From an uncultured Prevotella sp. (GTDB taxonomy: Bacteria; Bacteroidota; Bacteroidia; Bacteroidales; Bacteroidaceae), in NCBI GenBank assembly GCA_905373605.1, contig CAJPTO010000001.1:1-43672 (forward strand): 43,672 nt of DNA, in the 5' to 3' direction. Positions 1 to 10,300 of the stretch are shown in pieces (position 1 is the stretch's first letter; the number at the start of each line of letters is the position of its first letter). The position numbers and the translations under genes are program-made. Below the pieces are notes generated by a model, which did no database searches, was not told where the DNA came from, and saw only the letters and a list, made by a program, of their open reading frames with translations.

Positions 1-21
1 ACTGGTTCTGCCCTACGAACG

Positions 22-714
22 TTAAACGCCAATACCCGGTCGGCGAACGGCCATTACGGTGTTCATCTGTTGATAAATACTTCGCGAAGTGGTGCCGTAT
101 ACGCCCACCTTTTGTGCCGACCCGCTGCAACGTACGGTTACTTTAAGCGTTTTAAACTTGCCGTCTTCGCCAATAGCCTTTATGTTGGCCTCGCCTTCAT
201 AGCTCGCGGCAATCTCAAGGATGCCAGTCTTGGCGTTCCATTTGGTGTTGAGTATGCTGTCGGGGTCGTCTATGGTGAGGCGAGCGAGGTCGCCGCCGCC
301 TGCAAGACTAACAAACTTGCTCTCGTCGCGTGGATAAAGACGTATTTCGGAGTCGCTGATACTGATGGGCGGAACCACTACGCTGATTTTTAGCTTGCGT
401 TTGAAGTCGCCCGAAAGGATGGTGGCGTAGGTTTCGCCTTCCAAGAAGCCATTGATGCGCAGCGTATCTTTCGATATGGAGATGCTTGCCACCTTCGAGT
501 CGGCGATGTTGGCTTGGTATTTTCCCGTTCCGCCACGTAGCAATACGATGCGTGTGGATTGCTTGTTGAGTGCCACCGAGTCGGTGTTGTTGGTGCCAAA
601 GGCAATGTCTGAAAGTTCGGTGTCTGTGGCGTTGTCGCAACTAGTCAATGCCATAGCCGCGAAAACCAGCAGAAGGCATAGGCGGCTTGCCGTTTTGTAT
701 ATTCGTGTTGTCAT
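22..714 (-). CDS. Surface lipoprotein with Ig-like beta-sandwich repeats, last visible gene of the iron-uptake locus
   Basis: 230-aa ORF; lipobox LTSC followed by acidic DNATDTELSD; beta-rich repeats; 3 bp from the upstream gene. Confidence 0.75.
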   Translation of the reverse strand: MTTRIYKTASRLCLLLVFAAMALTSCDNATDTELSDIAFGTNNTDSVALNKQSTRIVLLRGGTGKYQANIADSKVASISISKDTLRINGFLEGETYATILSGDFKRKLKISVVVPPISISDSEIRLYPRDESKFVSLAGGGDLARLTIDDPDSILNTKWNAKTGILEIAASYEGEANIKAIGEDGKFKTLKVTVRCSGSAQKVGVYGTTSRSIYQQMNTVMAVRRPGIGV

Positions 715-717
715 CGT

Positions 718-1869
718 TTAGTCTACGTTTAGTTTATATTCTATTTCCCATTTGCGCGTTGGCGTTTCTTCAATCTCTATGCGTAGGGTGTGTTCGCCTT
801 TTGAACTGAAAGTAATAGCGCCAGATGTGGGTGTAACGGGTTCGCCATCTACCCAATAACGCATTTGCGCATCGGGGTTAGCTAAGTCGTGATAGTACAG
901 CGGTAGTGTGCGTGGAGCCGTTCCTTGCTCGCGAACCATATATAAATAAGGTATGCGGTCTTCTTCGTTTACGCCGAAATTTAAAGGCAAAGTGGTTTGC
1001 GACACAGTTGCAGATGCGTCTGAAACGACAGAGCCTTTGATGGTTTTCACGCTGAAAGCGTAGCTTTTCCCTGGTTCCAGTTTTGTAACCACATATTTAG
1101 TTGCTTGTGTGGTTGCCGCTGCTTTGCCGTCGATGCTTATCTCGTAGGTTACGTCCGTTTCAGCCACAGCGTTCCAAGACAGTTCAATCTCTCGCTGTTG
1201 CGGCGTGGCATGTAGGTTAGCGGGCGGTTCGGGTTTGTTGGGCACAACGCCTTCCTTGGTTTTTACCATCGAGATGTCGTCGATAAGAATGTGTCTTCCT
1301 GCGTCGGCGTCTTCGTATACAGATAGTATGTAGAAACCCAATGCAGCCGATTCAACCCCAGCAGGTGCCTTAAAAGTGAGCGTTTTCTTTTTCCATGTGC
1401 CCGTAAAGTCTTTGGCCATGTCCTTTTGTGCCTTCCGTTCTTCTTTCTTAATCAGCTGTTCGCCTTTATACCAATCGATGTAAACCAAGATGTTGGGCTT
1501 GGTAACAGTGCCTTGATACCAGTAAGAAAGTTCGTATTCGGCACCCGGTTGCACCTTTATATAATGTGTGTTGAAGTCTTTATCGCGTGCGATGAACGAC
1601 CCGCCATTGGGGAAAACACGTATGGCGTAGTTGCCGCTGTGTGCCGTTTTCGTGCGTTCGCGCGACAGCGATGAGTTGAAATACCAATACTGGGGTTTGA
1701 GATAGGGGTCGAACGAGGGTGCTGTACCTCCTTCGCCACTGCCTTCATTGCCATTTTGAGGCTTAACATAGATTTCAAATCCCCCGTCGATAACCAACTC
1801 TTCGTGTGTTTGGGCCATGCCTGCCTGTGCAAAGGCAAGCGCGAGGGCAAAGATATGCAGTTGTTTCAT
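718..1869 (-). CDS. Secreted protein with a CBM4/9-like jelly-roll domain and a fibronectin type III domain
   Basis: Signal peptide (AQAGMAQ); LVIDGGFE...AHSGNYAI...YELSYWY...ILIDDISM fits CBM_4_9; PPANLHAT...ELSWNAV...LEPGKSYAFSVKT fits FN3. Confidence 0.8.
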   Translation of the reverse strand: MKQLHIFALALAFAQAGMAQTHEELVIDGGFEIYVKPQNGNEGSGEGGTAPSFDPYLKPQYWYFNSSLSRERTKTAHSGNYAIRVFPNGGSFIARDKDFNTHYIKVQPGAEYELSYWYQGTVTKPNILVYIDWYKGEQLIKKEERKAQKDMAKDFTGTWKKKTLTFKAPAGVESAALGFYILSVYEDADAGRHILIDDISMVKTKEGVVPNKPEPPANLHATPQQREIELSWNAVAETDVTYEISIDGKAAATTQATKYVVTKLEPGKSYAFSVKTIKGSVVSDASATVSQTTLPLNFGVNEEDRIPYLYMVREQGTAPRTLPLYYHDLANPDAQMRYWVDGEPVTPTSGAITFSSKGEHTLRIEIEETPTRKWEIEYKLNVD

Positions 1870-1906
1870 ATTGTTCTTATTGATGTGTTGGCGTGTATAT
1901 GGAGTT

Positions 1907-3076
1907 TCATTGCAGACTTATGCCATACCTTTGTGCCACCTGCCAGGCCACGTTTCGCAGCGAACCTGTGGTGGATGGGTCGGCAAGGAGCCGTTGTTTG
2001 TCCCAAAGTCCGCTGCCGGCGGTTAGTTGGTTGATGAGCGTTTTTACCTCGTTGTAGGTGAAATGGGGCTTGCCCGATGCCTGTACGGTGAATTGCAGAC
2101 CATAGACAGCACCACATGCCTCCGATAAGAAGGTAAGCGCGTTGGCTGCATCCTCATCCATGTTGGCCATTGTGGTTTCGCCCATAAGCAGATTAATGGC
2201 TCTTATGGCAGCCACTTTCGAAAGTTCGGCACGAATAATGGCTTGTTGGTGCAGCATGTCGGCATAGTGATATTGGGTAATGGCAGCCCTTCCTGCTGCA
2301 AAGGCGTTGTAAAGCGTGATGCGCGATTGGCGTAAGGCGGGCGTGTTGGCAGCCTGAACGTAAGGCAACCAAAATTGATAATAGCCGTAAGCAAGGTCCC
2401 AATGATGTTCTAGTTCGGTGTAGTTGTGGCCTGCAACAAGCACGTTTTCTTCGTGGCTTTTGCGTAGGGCGTCGCTGTTTAGTACGCTGTCGTTGAGGTG
2501 AGTGTTGAGAATTTTGTCGAGATAGATGCCACCATAGACGATACCTTGGAAGAGTTCGGCCACTACTAGACCCTTTTCGTTGGCAAAAGCGAGGTTAACA
2601 TCGCCGATGTTGCGGCCTACATATCCGCCTTTTCCTGGCTTAGCCTTTTGGTTACGGGCAGTTCCAGGCCCCTCTTTGCCCATTCCGCTGAGTGTAGCAG
2701 CTTGGTTGAAGATGTCTTCCACGTCTTTCTTTACGAGGGCACTATCGGCTTTGTGGGTTGGCGATGCCGACAGTTCGCGGCGCGGTTTCAACCCAAATTC
2801 GCCATTATTGTAATAGCCCTTCATCGTTTCCAGCAGTGTTCGGTTTTCAATTCTGGCCTCTTTAAGGTAGCTGTCGTAAATATAATCGAGTGGGGAGCGC
2901 AGTAAAGTGCATTCCAAGTAGTCTACACTACTGGTTCCATTCCTTGCGAATTTGTACTGCGGGTCTGGGTAGGGAGGCATCACATAAGCCGATTCAACGG
3001 TTTCTCCTTCCCAGCGATTGCATGACGAAAAGACGAGTGGCGCCAACAAAAGCGCCAAGAATATCTTGTGGTTCAT
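1907..3076 (-). CDS. DUF4856-like (imelysin-like) lipoprotein
   Basis: Lipobox FSSC; motif NYTELEHHWDLAYGYY and the C-terminal FLSEACGAVYGLQF are recognisable as this family. Confidence 0.75.
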   Translation of the reverse strand: MNHKIFLALLLAPLVFSSCNRWEGETVESAYVMPPYPDPQYKFARNGTSSVDYLECTLLRSPLDYIYDSYLKEARIENRTLLETMKGYYNNGEFGLKPRRELSASPTHKADSALVKKDVEDIFNQAATLSGMGKEGPGTARNQKAKPGKGGYVGRNIGDVNLAFANEKGLVVAELFQGIVYGGIYLDKILNTHLNDSVLNSDALRKSHEENVLVAGHNYTELEHHWDLAYGYYQFWLPYVQAANTPALRQSRITLYNAFAAGRAAITQYHYADMLHQQAIIRAELSKVAAIRAINLLMGETTMANMDEDAANALTFLSEACGAVYGLQFTVQASGKPHFTYNEVKTLINQLTAGSGLWDKQRLLADPSTTGSLRNVAWQVAQRYGISLQ

Positions 3077-3115
3077 CGTGTGTCGTTATATATATATATA
3101 ATGTGTATGGGCGGG

Positions 3116-3736
3116 TTAGGGCAAGATGATGTAGGCGCAAAATGGGCCTTTTATCTTGCCTATTCCTTCTTCGTTTTGGTGTTCGTTCACTTTCAGAGGC
3201 TTCACAATGGTAAATCCGTCTTCGGAAATAGCCGAGATTGTGGCCTTTATCGACGACCCACGAGGACCAACGCCGTTAACCAAAAGGTACATGGGGAAAC
3301 CTGATTTGGCCTTGAAATGCAGTTCGTGTTGCTGACCGTTAGACAGAAAAGACGTTGCATCTTCGTTTGTTTTGTTAGTGGCAATGGTGGTGAGCGAACG
3401 GTTTGCTGCCACATAACGCACCACATAGCGCGACGCAAGTTCGGCCTCGGGCACGTTATTGCCCAAGATGTCTACCTCGCGAAACGAGCAAGTAAGCGTA
3501 ACATCGTAGGTTCGTACGTCTTTGGTTATCTCCACTCCGGGGTAAACGAAGTCGGAAACGGGTGCATCGGGGTTTCCCAATTGCACTACTTGGTCTTCGT
3601 AAGAAACCTTGGGCTTCTCTACACCAGTGAAAGGAAAGAGAGTGTCGTAGTCTTCGTCGGCATAATCGGCAGTGCTGCGCGAGCAGCTTACAAGCAGTGC
3701 GACCAATGCTAGGAGCGTATATTTCATTGCGTTCAT
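3116..3736 (-). CDS. Conserved hypothetical lipoprotein
   Basis: Start taken at MNAMKYTLL (3736; alternative 3727) to avoid overlap with the upstream gene; lipobox LVSC followed by an acidic stretch. Confidence 0.75.
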   Translation of the reverse strand: MNAMKYTLLALVALLVSCSRSTADYADEDYDTLFPFTGVEKPKVSYEDQVVQLGNPDAPVSDFVYPGVEITKDVRTYDVTLTCSFREVDILGNNVPEAELASRYVVRYVAANRSLTTIATNKTNEDATSFLSNGQQHELHFKAKSGFPMYLLVNGVGPRGSSIKATISAISEDGFTIVKPLKVNEHQNEEGIGKIKGPFCAYIILP

Positions 3737-3764
3737 GTGTTCAGTTTGTTTTAAAGGTGGTGTA

Positions 3765-4799
3765 TCAGCGGTCGTCGCCTTCGTCCCAAATCTCGGCAAC
3801 AAGTCCCGTTGGCTTGCCTTCTGGGTGCAAGTGCTTGCTTACAAGGCGTGTTTTGCGCAAGAGAGGGTCGTAGACTTCCACCAGTTCGGCAACGAAACGT
3901 TGGCCTACACGTTGGAAATCGAAGAACATGATTTTGCTATCGTAGCGCAACCCAGCACGGAAAGAGATGCCATGCTCTGTGCCGGCGTAGCCCGAACCCA
4001 ATCCAACAATCTCTTTTGCAGGATAGTCTGGTATGGGATTTTTCTTCTGCGCAAAGAGAAAGAGGTAGTATTTCTTCTCCCTGATTTCGCGTAACAGCGA
4101 TTGGTTTGTCTCAACGTTGCGTTTTACATAAACGTCGCTGCGGAAGAATATGCGGCTACCACGGTGAATGGAGAGTTGCGGATTGACCATGCTTTCGAAG
4201 AAATCGCGGTTTTGGAAAGCTCTATCTGCAGTTTGTTTCCATTGCTCTTCGCTGGCAAGTTTGGTGAAAACGATGTATTCGCGGGCGGGTTCTAGGTAGC
4301 TGGCAGTGCGGAAAACGAGGTCGCCGTCTTCGTTCTTGCCCATGAATAGCCAATCGGAAGCGGCACGAAAAGCATCGTTAACCAACTGATGCACGTAGTT
4401 GCGGGTGACGAAACTCAGTTGTGTGAAGCTGTTTCGGCCCACGCGATATTCGCTTTTCTGTGGTGTGGAGGCTGTTTGTTGGGTGAAGTCGGCCTTCATC
4501 TCCATCGTGTTGTCGGCGTTAAACCGCATGGTGAAACTGTCTCCACCATAGCCGTATCGTCCGCGGTAACCGAATTGTGGGATTAATTCTGATGGATTGG
4601 AGAAGAGCAACGAGTCGGTTCGTGGGAAATACAGCACTCGCCAACCATGCTCGGAGTTGGTTAGTTCGGCTTTCAAGGCGGCAATGCTTTCTGCGTTGCG
4701 CTGTGCCGGCGAGCGGTCGAAGACGTCTTGGCTGGCATCGCAAGCCGCAAGTAATGTTACTATGATGGCTGTTAGCCAAGCTTTGGTATTACTGTGCAT
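3765..4799 (-). CDS. DUF4302-like lipoprotein
   Basis: LAAC lipobox, then DVFDRSPAQR...LTNSEHGWRVLYFP...YGYGG, typical of DUF4302 proteins that follow SusD and Mx1-peptidase genes. Confidence 0.75.
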   Translation of the reverse strand: MHSNTKAWLTAIIVTLLAACDASQDVFDRSPAQRNAESIAALKAELTNSEHGWRVLYFPRTDSLLFSNPSELIPQFGYRGRYGYGGDSFTMRFNADNTMEMKADFTQQTASTPQKSEYRVGRNSFTQLSFVTRNYVHQLVNDAFRAASDWLFMGKNEDGDLVFRTASYLEPAREYIVFTKLASEEQWKQTADRAFQNRDFFESMVNPQLSIHRGSRIFFRSDVYVKRNVETNQSLLREIREKKYYLFLFAQKKNPIPDYPAKEIVGLGSGYAGTEHGISFRAGLRYDSKIMFFDFQRVGQRFVAELVEVYDPLLRKTRLVSKHLHPEGKPTGLVAEIWDEGDDR

Positions 4800-5757
4800 G
4801 TTGTTTGATGTAGGTGTTTATGCGGCGCAGACTGGCAATCTGCAACTGCTTTAAATTGATGTGCAGGCTTTTTTGCATGTATTGTTCCACAAAAGCCTGC
4901 TTAGCCACAATCTCTTTATAGGCTTGTTCGGCCTCTTTGTTGTATTGTTGCTGTACCTCGGGGTCGCTGTCTTGGTCGGGAGTTTGCGCTGTATTGATGG
5001 CGTCGTTCACCTCTTTGGGTGTGGCACAGAGGGTTGAACTGATGATTTCAGCAAAGTCGTCTTCGGCCGAAAGAAAGGCTTGCATGGTGTAAAAGCCGCG
5101 TTTATTGGCATAATCGGCTAGTCCGAAGTAGTCTTTTTCTTTCTTCGAGTAGCCCAAGGGAGCGGCCAAAGGTTCGGTCGAATTCGTGTAGCGATGCCCG
5201 CTTATGGCCGTAAACTTGTCGCGATCATAGGCAACAAGCTCTGCCAAACGACGTGCAAACTGGTGATGAACGCTGCGCATCAGGGCATACATCTTGTTGG
5301 CGTCGCCTGCTTTGAAGTCGTCTACGCGGAAGATACACATCTCCGAGGGCGTGAGCTGTGGGTTGTTGAGCAGTTCAACGCCGTTCTCGTCTACGTTCTG
5401 CCCACCATATAGATATATTCGTAGGGGCGTTTTACCTTGCAGGAAGTGGTCTCCTCCGAGGTTTTCTTGTCGATAAGTCTCAAAGCATAGTTCGCGAACG
5501 GCCCTTAAAATGGCCTTCACGTTGTCGGGTTTTGGTGGCGAAACGAAGGTTGTACCTGTGTTGGCGTTCTTCTGCCAACGGTAAACCACCTCGATGTTAT
5601 AAGGTGCGGTTATGCTGTCGGCTATCCAATGGTCTAGCTCTGTCTGTGGGGTTTGCACCGCTCCTGCATCCACCACGCTTTGCTCACTGAGCGATTCGTT
5701 GGTGCAGGCCTGCAAAAGGCATGGCAACAACAGGCAGATAATGTTCTTTATATTCAT
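4789..5757 (-). CDS. Substrate-import-associated zinc metallopeptidase-like lipoprotein (Peptidase_Mx1 family) with a degenerate active site
   Basis: LQAC lipobox; ELDHWI...PYNIEVVYRW; RGFYT...EDDFAE; HHQFAR at the position of the usual HHEFxH. Confidence 0.8.
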   Translation of the reverse strand: MNIKNIICLLLPCLLQACTNESLSEQSVVDAGAVQTPQTELDHWIADSITAPYNIEVVYRWQKNANTGTTFVSPPKPDNVKAILRAVRELCFETYRQENLGGDHFLQGKTPLRIYLYGGQNVDENGVELLNNPQLTPSEMCIFRVDDFKAGDANKMYALMRSVHHQFARRLAELVAYDRDKFTAISGHRYTNSTEPLAAPLGYSKKEKDYFGLADYANKRGFYTMQAFLSAEDDFAEIISSTLCATPKEVNDAINTAQTPDQDSDPEVQQQYNKEAEQAYKEIVAKQAFVEQYMQKSLHINLKQLQIASLRRINTYIKQHAQ

Positions 5758-5788
5758 TGTTTATAGTTCTTTTTGCGTTAAAAGCCTT

Positions 5789-7309
5789 TTAATGTAAGGG
5801 TTCGTTGCGCTCGCGTGGGTTGGGTTCCAAGCCTCGGTTGATGGCTTCGGCCGGTATTTGCAACAGCTTTCGAGGGTCGTTTTTTTCCAAAGGGAAGTAG
5901 TAGGTGCTTTTAGACGAACGCTTAACTGCGATATGAAAGCGGCGAAGGTCGAACCAACGCAGGCCTTCTTGGAAGAATTCTTGCTGGCGGAACCCCACGA
6001 TGGTTTTCACCAAGGCCAGTTGTTTGAGGGTCATTCCGTAGAAGGGGGTGTATGTTTTGTAGTTGTTGCGGTTGGTCGTTGTGTATACGTCGCGGTCGAT
6101 AGAAGGCATAAAGCCAAACTTTCCTTGCATGTATTGCAGCAAATCGTCGATAGATTTGGTGTAATTCCTTAGCATGGCATGTGCCTCCATGCGGTTGAGC
6201 AGCACCTCATCGACAGTAAACAGCACGTTGGTGACGTACAATCCACGTGGTTTGCTGCCTACACTCTCGGTGGTAGACAACTCATCGAACTTGGCCAAGT
6301 ACCTACTTGAAGGCACACCAAGTACACCTGAGGTGAAAATATAGGTGCCGATGAAGTTCATTTTCTCGTAATCGCCACCGCCCTCAATGCCTTTTTGGGC
6401 GAACACTTTGTTTACAATGTTGAACGTAGAGCCATATTTCTCGGTGGGAAGGGTGCGTGCCAAGCGGCTCTCGGTGGTGGTTAGCAAGAGGTTTGCAGGC
6501 TCGTCGGTGGACGTGTAGCGACGAAACAGGTCTTGATGTCTGAACTCTAACTCGTTTGCATACGTCCGCCAAGGGCGCAATTGGGTCTTAGGGTCGCCGC
6601 CAAGTACATAGTCGGCATAGGCCACCACTTGCTGCCAGTCGCCCTTCATGAGGTAGAAACGCGTGGCAAAAGCATAGGCAGCCTTCTTGTTGAAGTGGAA
6701 TTTGGGGTGCTTGTAATACTCGTCGGCAACGAGCGTTATGCCTCGTTTCAGGTCTTTCTCAATCAGTTCGTACACCTCGCTCACCGTTTGTCGCTTATAA
6801 TCTACCAGTGCCTCCTTCTCTGGTTTGGTGATATAGGGGATACCAGGGTCGGTGCTTTGGGTGGAATAGGGTTGTGCCCAGATGTTAACTAGCATGAAGT
6901 GTAGGTAGGCTCTCAGCAAGAACGCCTCGCCATAAAGTGCTTTTACGCGCGCACTTTTGGGGTAGGTAGAGAGCAATTCCAATGCTTTGTTGGCTTGGGC
7001 GATACCTTTGTAGCAGGCATTCCAATAATTTAGGGGCGTGTCTAGGTCTTCTTGGTCGTAGTCTTCCCAAAAAAACATGGCCTCGTTCAGTCGCGAATGC
7101 ACGCCGTTGGGTCGTTCCTCAACGTTGTCGGTGCGTGGTTCGAGAAACGGAATGTAGCTGGCTTGGGGGTAAGCACCCGTAAGTAGCTCGGCAATCTTGT
7201 CTTCCGTGTCGATGGCCACATCGAGATCGGAGTCGGGACTTTGGTCCAGAAAGTCGTTGCAGGCTGTAAACAGCGCGAGCAACGCCAGTAGCAAGATGTT
7301 ATTCTTCAT
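5789..7309 (-). CDS. susD: RagB/SusD family lipoprotein
   Basis: FTAC lipobox, NDFLDQSPD; GEAFLLRAYLHFMLVNIW; EFFQEGLRWFDLRRF; directly downstream of SusC. Confidence 0.95.
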   Translation of the reverse strand: MKNNILLLALLALFTACNDFLDQSPDSDLDVAIDTEDKIAELLTGAYPQASYIPFLEPRTDNVEERPNGVHSRLNEAMFFWEDYDQEDLDTPLNYWNACYKGIAQANKALELLSTYPKSARVKALYGEAFLLRAYLHFMLVNIWAQPYSTQSTDPGIPYITKPEKEALVDYKRQTVSEVYELIEKDLKRGITLVADEYYKHPKFHFNKKAAYAFATRFYLMKGDWQQVVAYADYVLGGDPKTQLRPWRTYANELEFRHQDLFRRYTSTDEPANLLLTTTESRLARTLPTEKYGSTFNIVNKVFAQKGIEGGGDYEKMNFIGTYIFTSGVLGVPSSRYLAKFDELSTTESVGSKPRGLYVTNVLFTVDEVLLNRMEAHAMLRNYTKSIDDLLQYMQGKFGFMPSIDRDVYTTTNRNNYKTYTPFYGMTLKQLALVKTIVGFRQQEFFQEGLRWFDLRRFHIAVKRSSKSTYYFPLEKNDPRKLLQIPAEAINRGLEPNPRERNEPLH

Positions 7310-7369
7310 TTATATATGGAGTGATTTTCGTTGTGTTGGTGGGGTTTATATCGTATGTTCGACTGCCGT

Positions 7370-10300
7370 TTAGAACCCTAAGTTGAGCGTGGCAGTGAAC
7401 TGACGGGGTGTGGGGAGCGACACACCGCCCGTGCGATAGTATTCTGGGTCTTGCCCTTTCAGCTTGCTGTCGGCATAGATGAGGAAGGGATTGGTGACGT
7501 TGAGGCGCAAGGATGCGGCGTGCAAGTGCAACTTTTTGAGCAAAGCAGGCGTGCATGTGTAGCCCAACGAGATGTTCTTCATACGCACGAAACTGCCGTC
7601 GGCCACGCGATTTTGCGAAAAGTTGTAGGTGTTATACGCTTTCTCGATGTTCTCTTTGCCCACTTTGGCGATGAGTTCTTGCGACGGCAGCGTGGGAACA
7701 TCCGTGCGCAGCTCGTCGCCTGGGTTGAGCCAGCGGTTGTAATACTCCTTGGAGAAGACGTTGAGGTCGGCAAAGTCGGGGTCGAAAGTAGGGTTGAGCC
7801 TTATCTTGTTGCCTGCCTGCATGGTGAGAAAGAACGACAATTCCCACGCGCCTAGCTTGAAAGTGTTGTTCAATCCGCCCAAAACCTGCGGCTCGATGGG
7901 GCCGTGGTAGATGAGATAGCTCTTTGCATACTGCGTGTCTAGAAAGTCGGCGCCTGCGTTTTTAGCGTAAGCGTTCTGACTAGAAGGGTAACGGCCGAAG
8001 TTGAAAGTGGGTAATCCGTTGCCGTCTAGCCCCTGGAAGTTGTACGAAAAGAGCGAACCCTTGGGATAACCCACGATGTTTCCGCGGCCTCGTCCTGCCA
8101 CCATGTCGAAAGCATTGGGCGTGTTTAGCAAGCGAGTAATCTTTTGATGCATGGCACTAAGCGTAAGACTGGTGGTCCAAGAGAACTTGTCGGCAACGAT
8201 GTTCTTGGTGTGTAGACCCAGTTCTACGCCTCTGGTGCGCATGTCGCCAAAGTTAGCGTACTTGTAGTACTGGCCTCCAACGCCCGAAGTGCGTACAAGG
8301 TCGATGAGGTCGAACGTGTTGCGCTGGTATAAGTCGATGGTTGCGCTGATGCGATTGTTGAACATTCCCAGTTCAATACCCAAGTTCAGCTCGTACATTT
8401 TTTCCCAAGTCAGGTCGCGATTTTCAAGATGTTTGATGTTGAGTTTGTTCTCGCGGTTGTTAAAGTGGTAGCGGTTTACGATGCCACTTTGGTAAACGGC
8501 GTTGGCGTTGATGGCCTCTTCGTTCATCTTGGCGGTGAGTCCGTAACTTGCGCGAAGTGCTAAGCGCGATATCCAAGCATGGTTTTTAAGGAACTTTTCT
8601 TGGTCGATGTTCCACTTGGCACCAACGTTCCATGTGGGCAACCATAGTGCACGTGCCCCACGACCCGAACTGTTGGAACCCTCGGTGTTGAGAACGAAGT
8701 TGAAAACATAACGCCCCGCATAGCCGTAGGTTCCGTTTAGCGAGAAGTTTACGCCGCGTTCGTTGCGCTTATGCAGTCCAAAGTAACTGTTACCTTCGTT
8801 GGTTAGCTTGTCGAAGATAAGCGGATTGGTGTACACTTGGTTGCCGCGACCATATTGTATGCCGTAACCTTGGAAGGGTTGGTTAGAGCGATTGGCGGCG
8901 CGAACCTCGGTAAAGGCAAACGCTTTAAAGTCGTGCTGCCCCATGCGCTTGTCGAAATCGAGGGCCAAACGTGCCAAAAAGCTGGTCATTGATGTCTCGG
9001 TGCGGTTGAACAAGCCGCCGTGGGTAAGGCCAACCTTTGGTTGGAGCAGGGGATTATCCTTGTCGCGCACCAAATAGATGTTCTCTTGTGCAACCGTTGG
9101 GTTGTCGTTGGCGCGATAAGCCTGCACTACGTTAGAGCCTTCGTCAACCTCGTGTGTGGTGACTGTGTTGGCACGACGGGCCGAAAACAAGGCTTTTACG
9201 GCCAAGTCTGTCGTTAGTTGGTAGCTGCCTTCGGCTTGTAGCTTAAAGTCAAGCACGTCTACATGGGTTTTGTTGTTGGCATATTCGTTCAGGATGTTGA
9301 ACGGAGCCCAGTTGTTTCGATAGTAAGCCAGACTGCCGTCGGCGTTGTATGGGCGCAGTGTGCGACTTGTGCCGAGGGCGTAAGAGAAGGGGTTGATGTC
9401 GAAATCGCGCTCAAACACGCCCAGAGTGTGGTTTTTGCGTTGGGGCATAGTGCCTGGTGCCTTCTGCGAACGTATGTTTCCTTGTGCCGAAAGCGTGGCG
9501 CGCATTTTCTCGTTAATATAAAAGGTGCTCTTGATGTTGGCCGTTAGGCGGCTAACCTTGTCGGCGATGGTCCAACCGCTATCGTGATAAAAGCCCACAG
9601 AGGCGTATGTAGCCACGTTTTTTCCGCCGCCGGCGAAGGTGAGCGAATGGTTGGTTGTGGGGTTAAGTGTAAAGAGCAGGTCGAACCAATCGGTGTTGGC
9701 GTATTCCCTTTCGCGCAGAAAGGCGTTGCGTGCCTCGGGCGTATTGGCTATTTGGTATCGGCCTGTTGTGGGGTCGATGGTGCTCAGACCTCTGTACAAC
9801 TCGTGGTAAACGCCTGCCCTTCGGCCGTAAAGCGCATTGCGGAGCCCAAAATATCCCTTGTCGTTCATCTCTTGATAGAGGGCCATTGTTTCTTGCGAGT
9901 TCAGCAAGTCGAACTGGCTGTAACGCGGTTTCATGCGGATGGAGTTCTCGGTAGCGTAGCTTACGCGCAAGGGTGTTTCTCTTTTACCCGATTTTGTGGT
10001 CACAACGATAACGCCGTTGAGCGCGCGCGCACCGTAAACAGAGGTTGCCGAGGCATCTTTCAGCACCTGAATGTCTTCTATGTCGGCAGGATTAAGACCT
10101 GCAACGGCCGACCCAACCAGCGTGGCAGCATCGCCCGATGCCAGTTGGTCTAGGTTTAGGTGTACCAAGTCTTCGTAAACCACACCATCGATAACCCACA
10201 GTGGCTGTACGTTTCCGATGATAGAGGCTCCGCCACGGATGTTAATGCGTGGTGCAGAACCGAATGTTCCCGATATGTTTTGTATGGAAAGACCGGCCAC

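Noticed and set aside
1..60. Possible premature truncation of the 22-714 lipoprotein
   Set aside because: It ends abruptly, but the window edge prevents testing for a continuation in another frame
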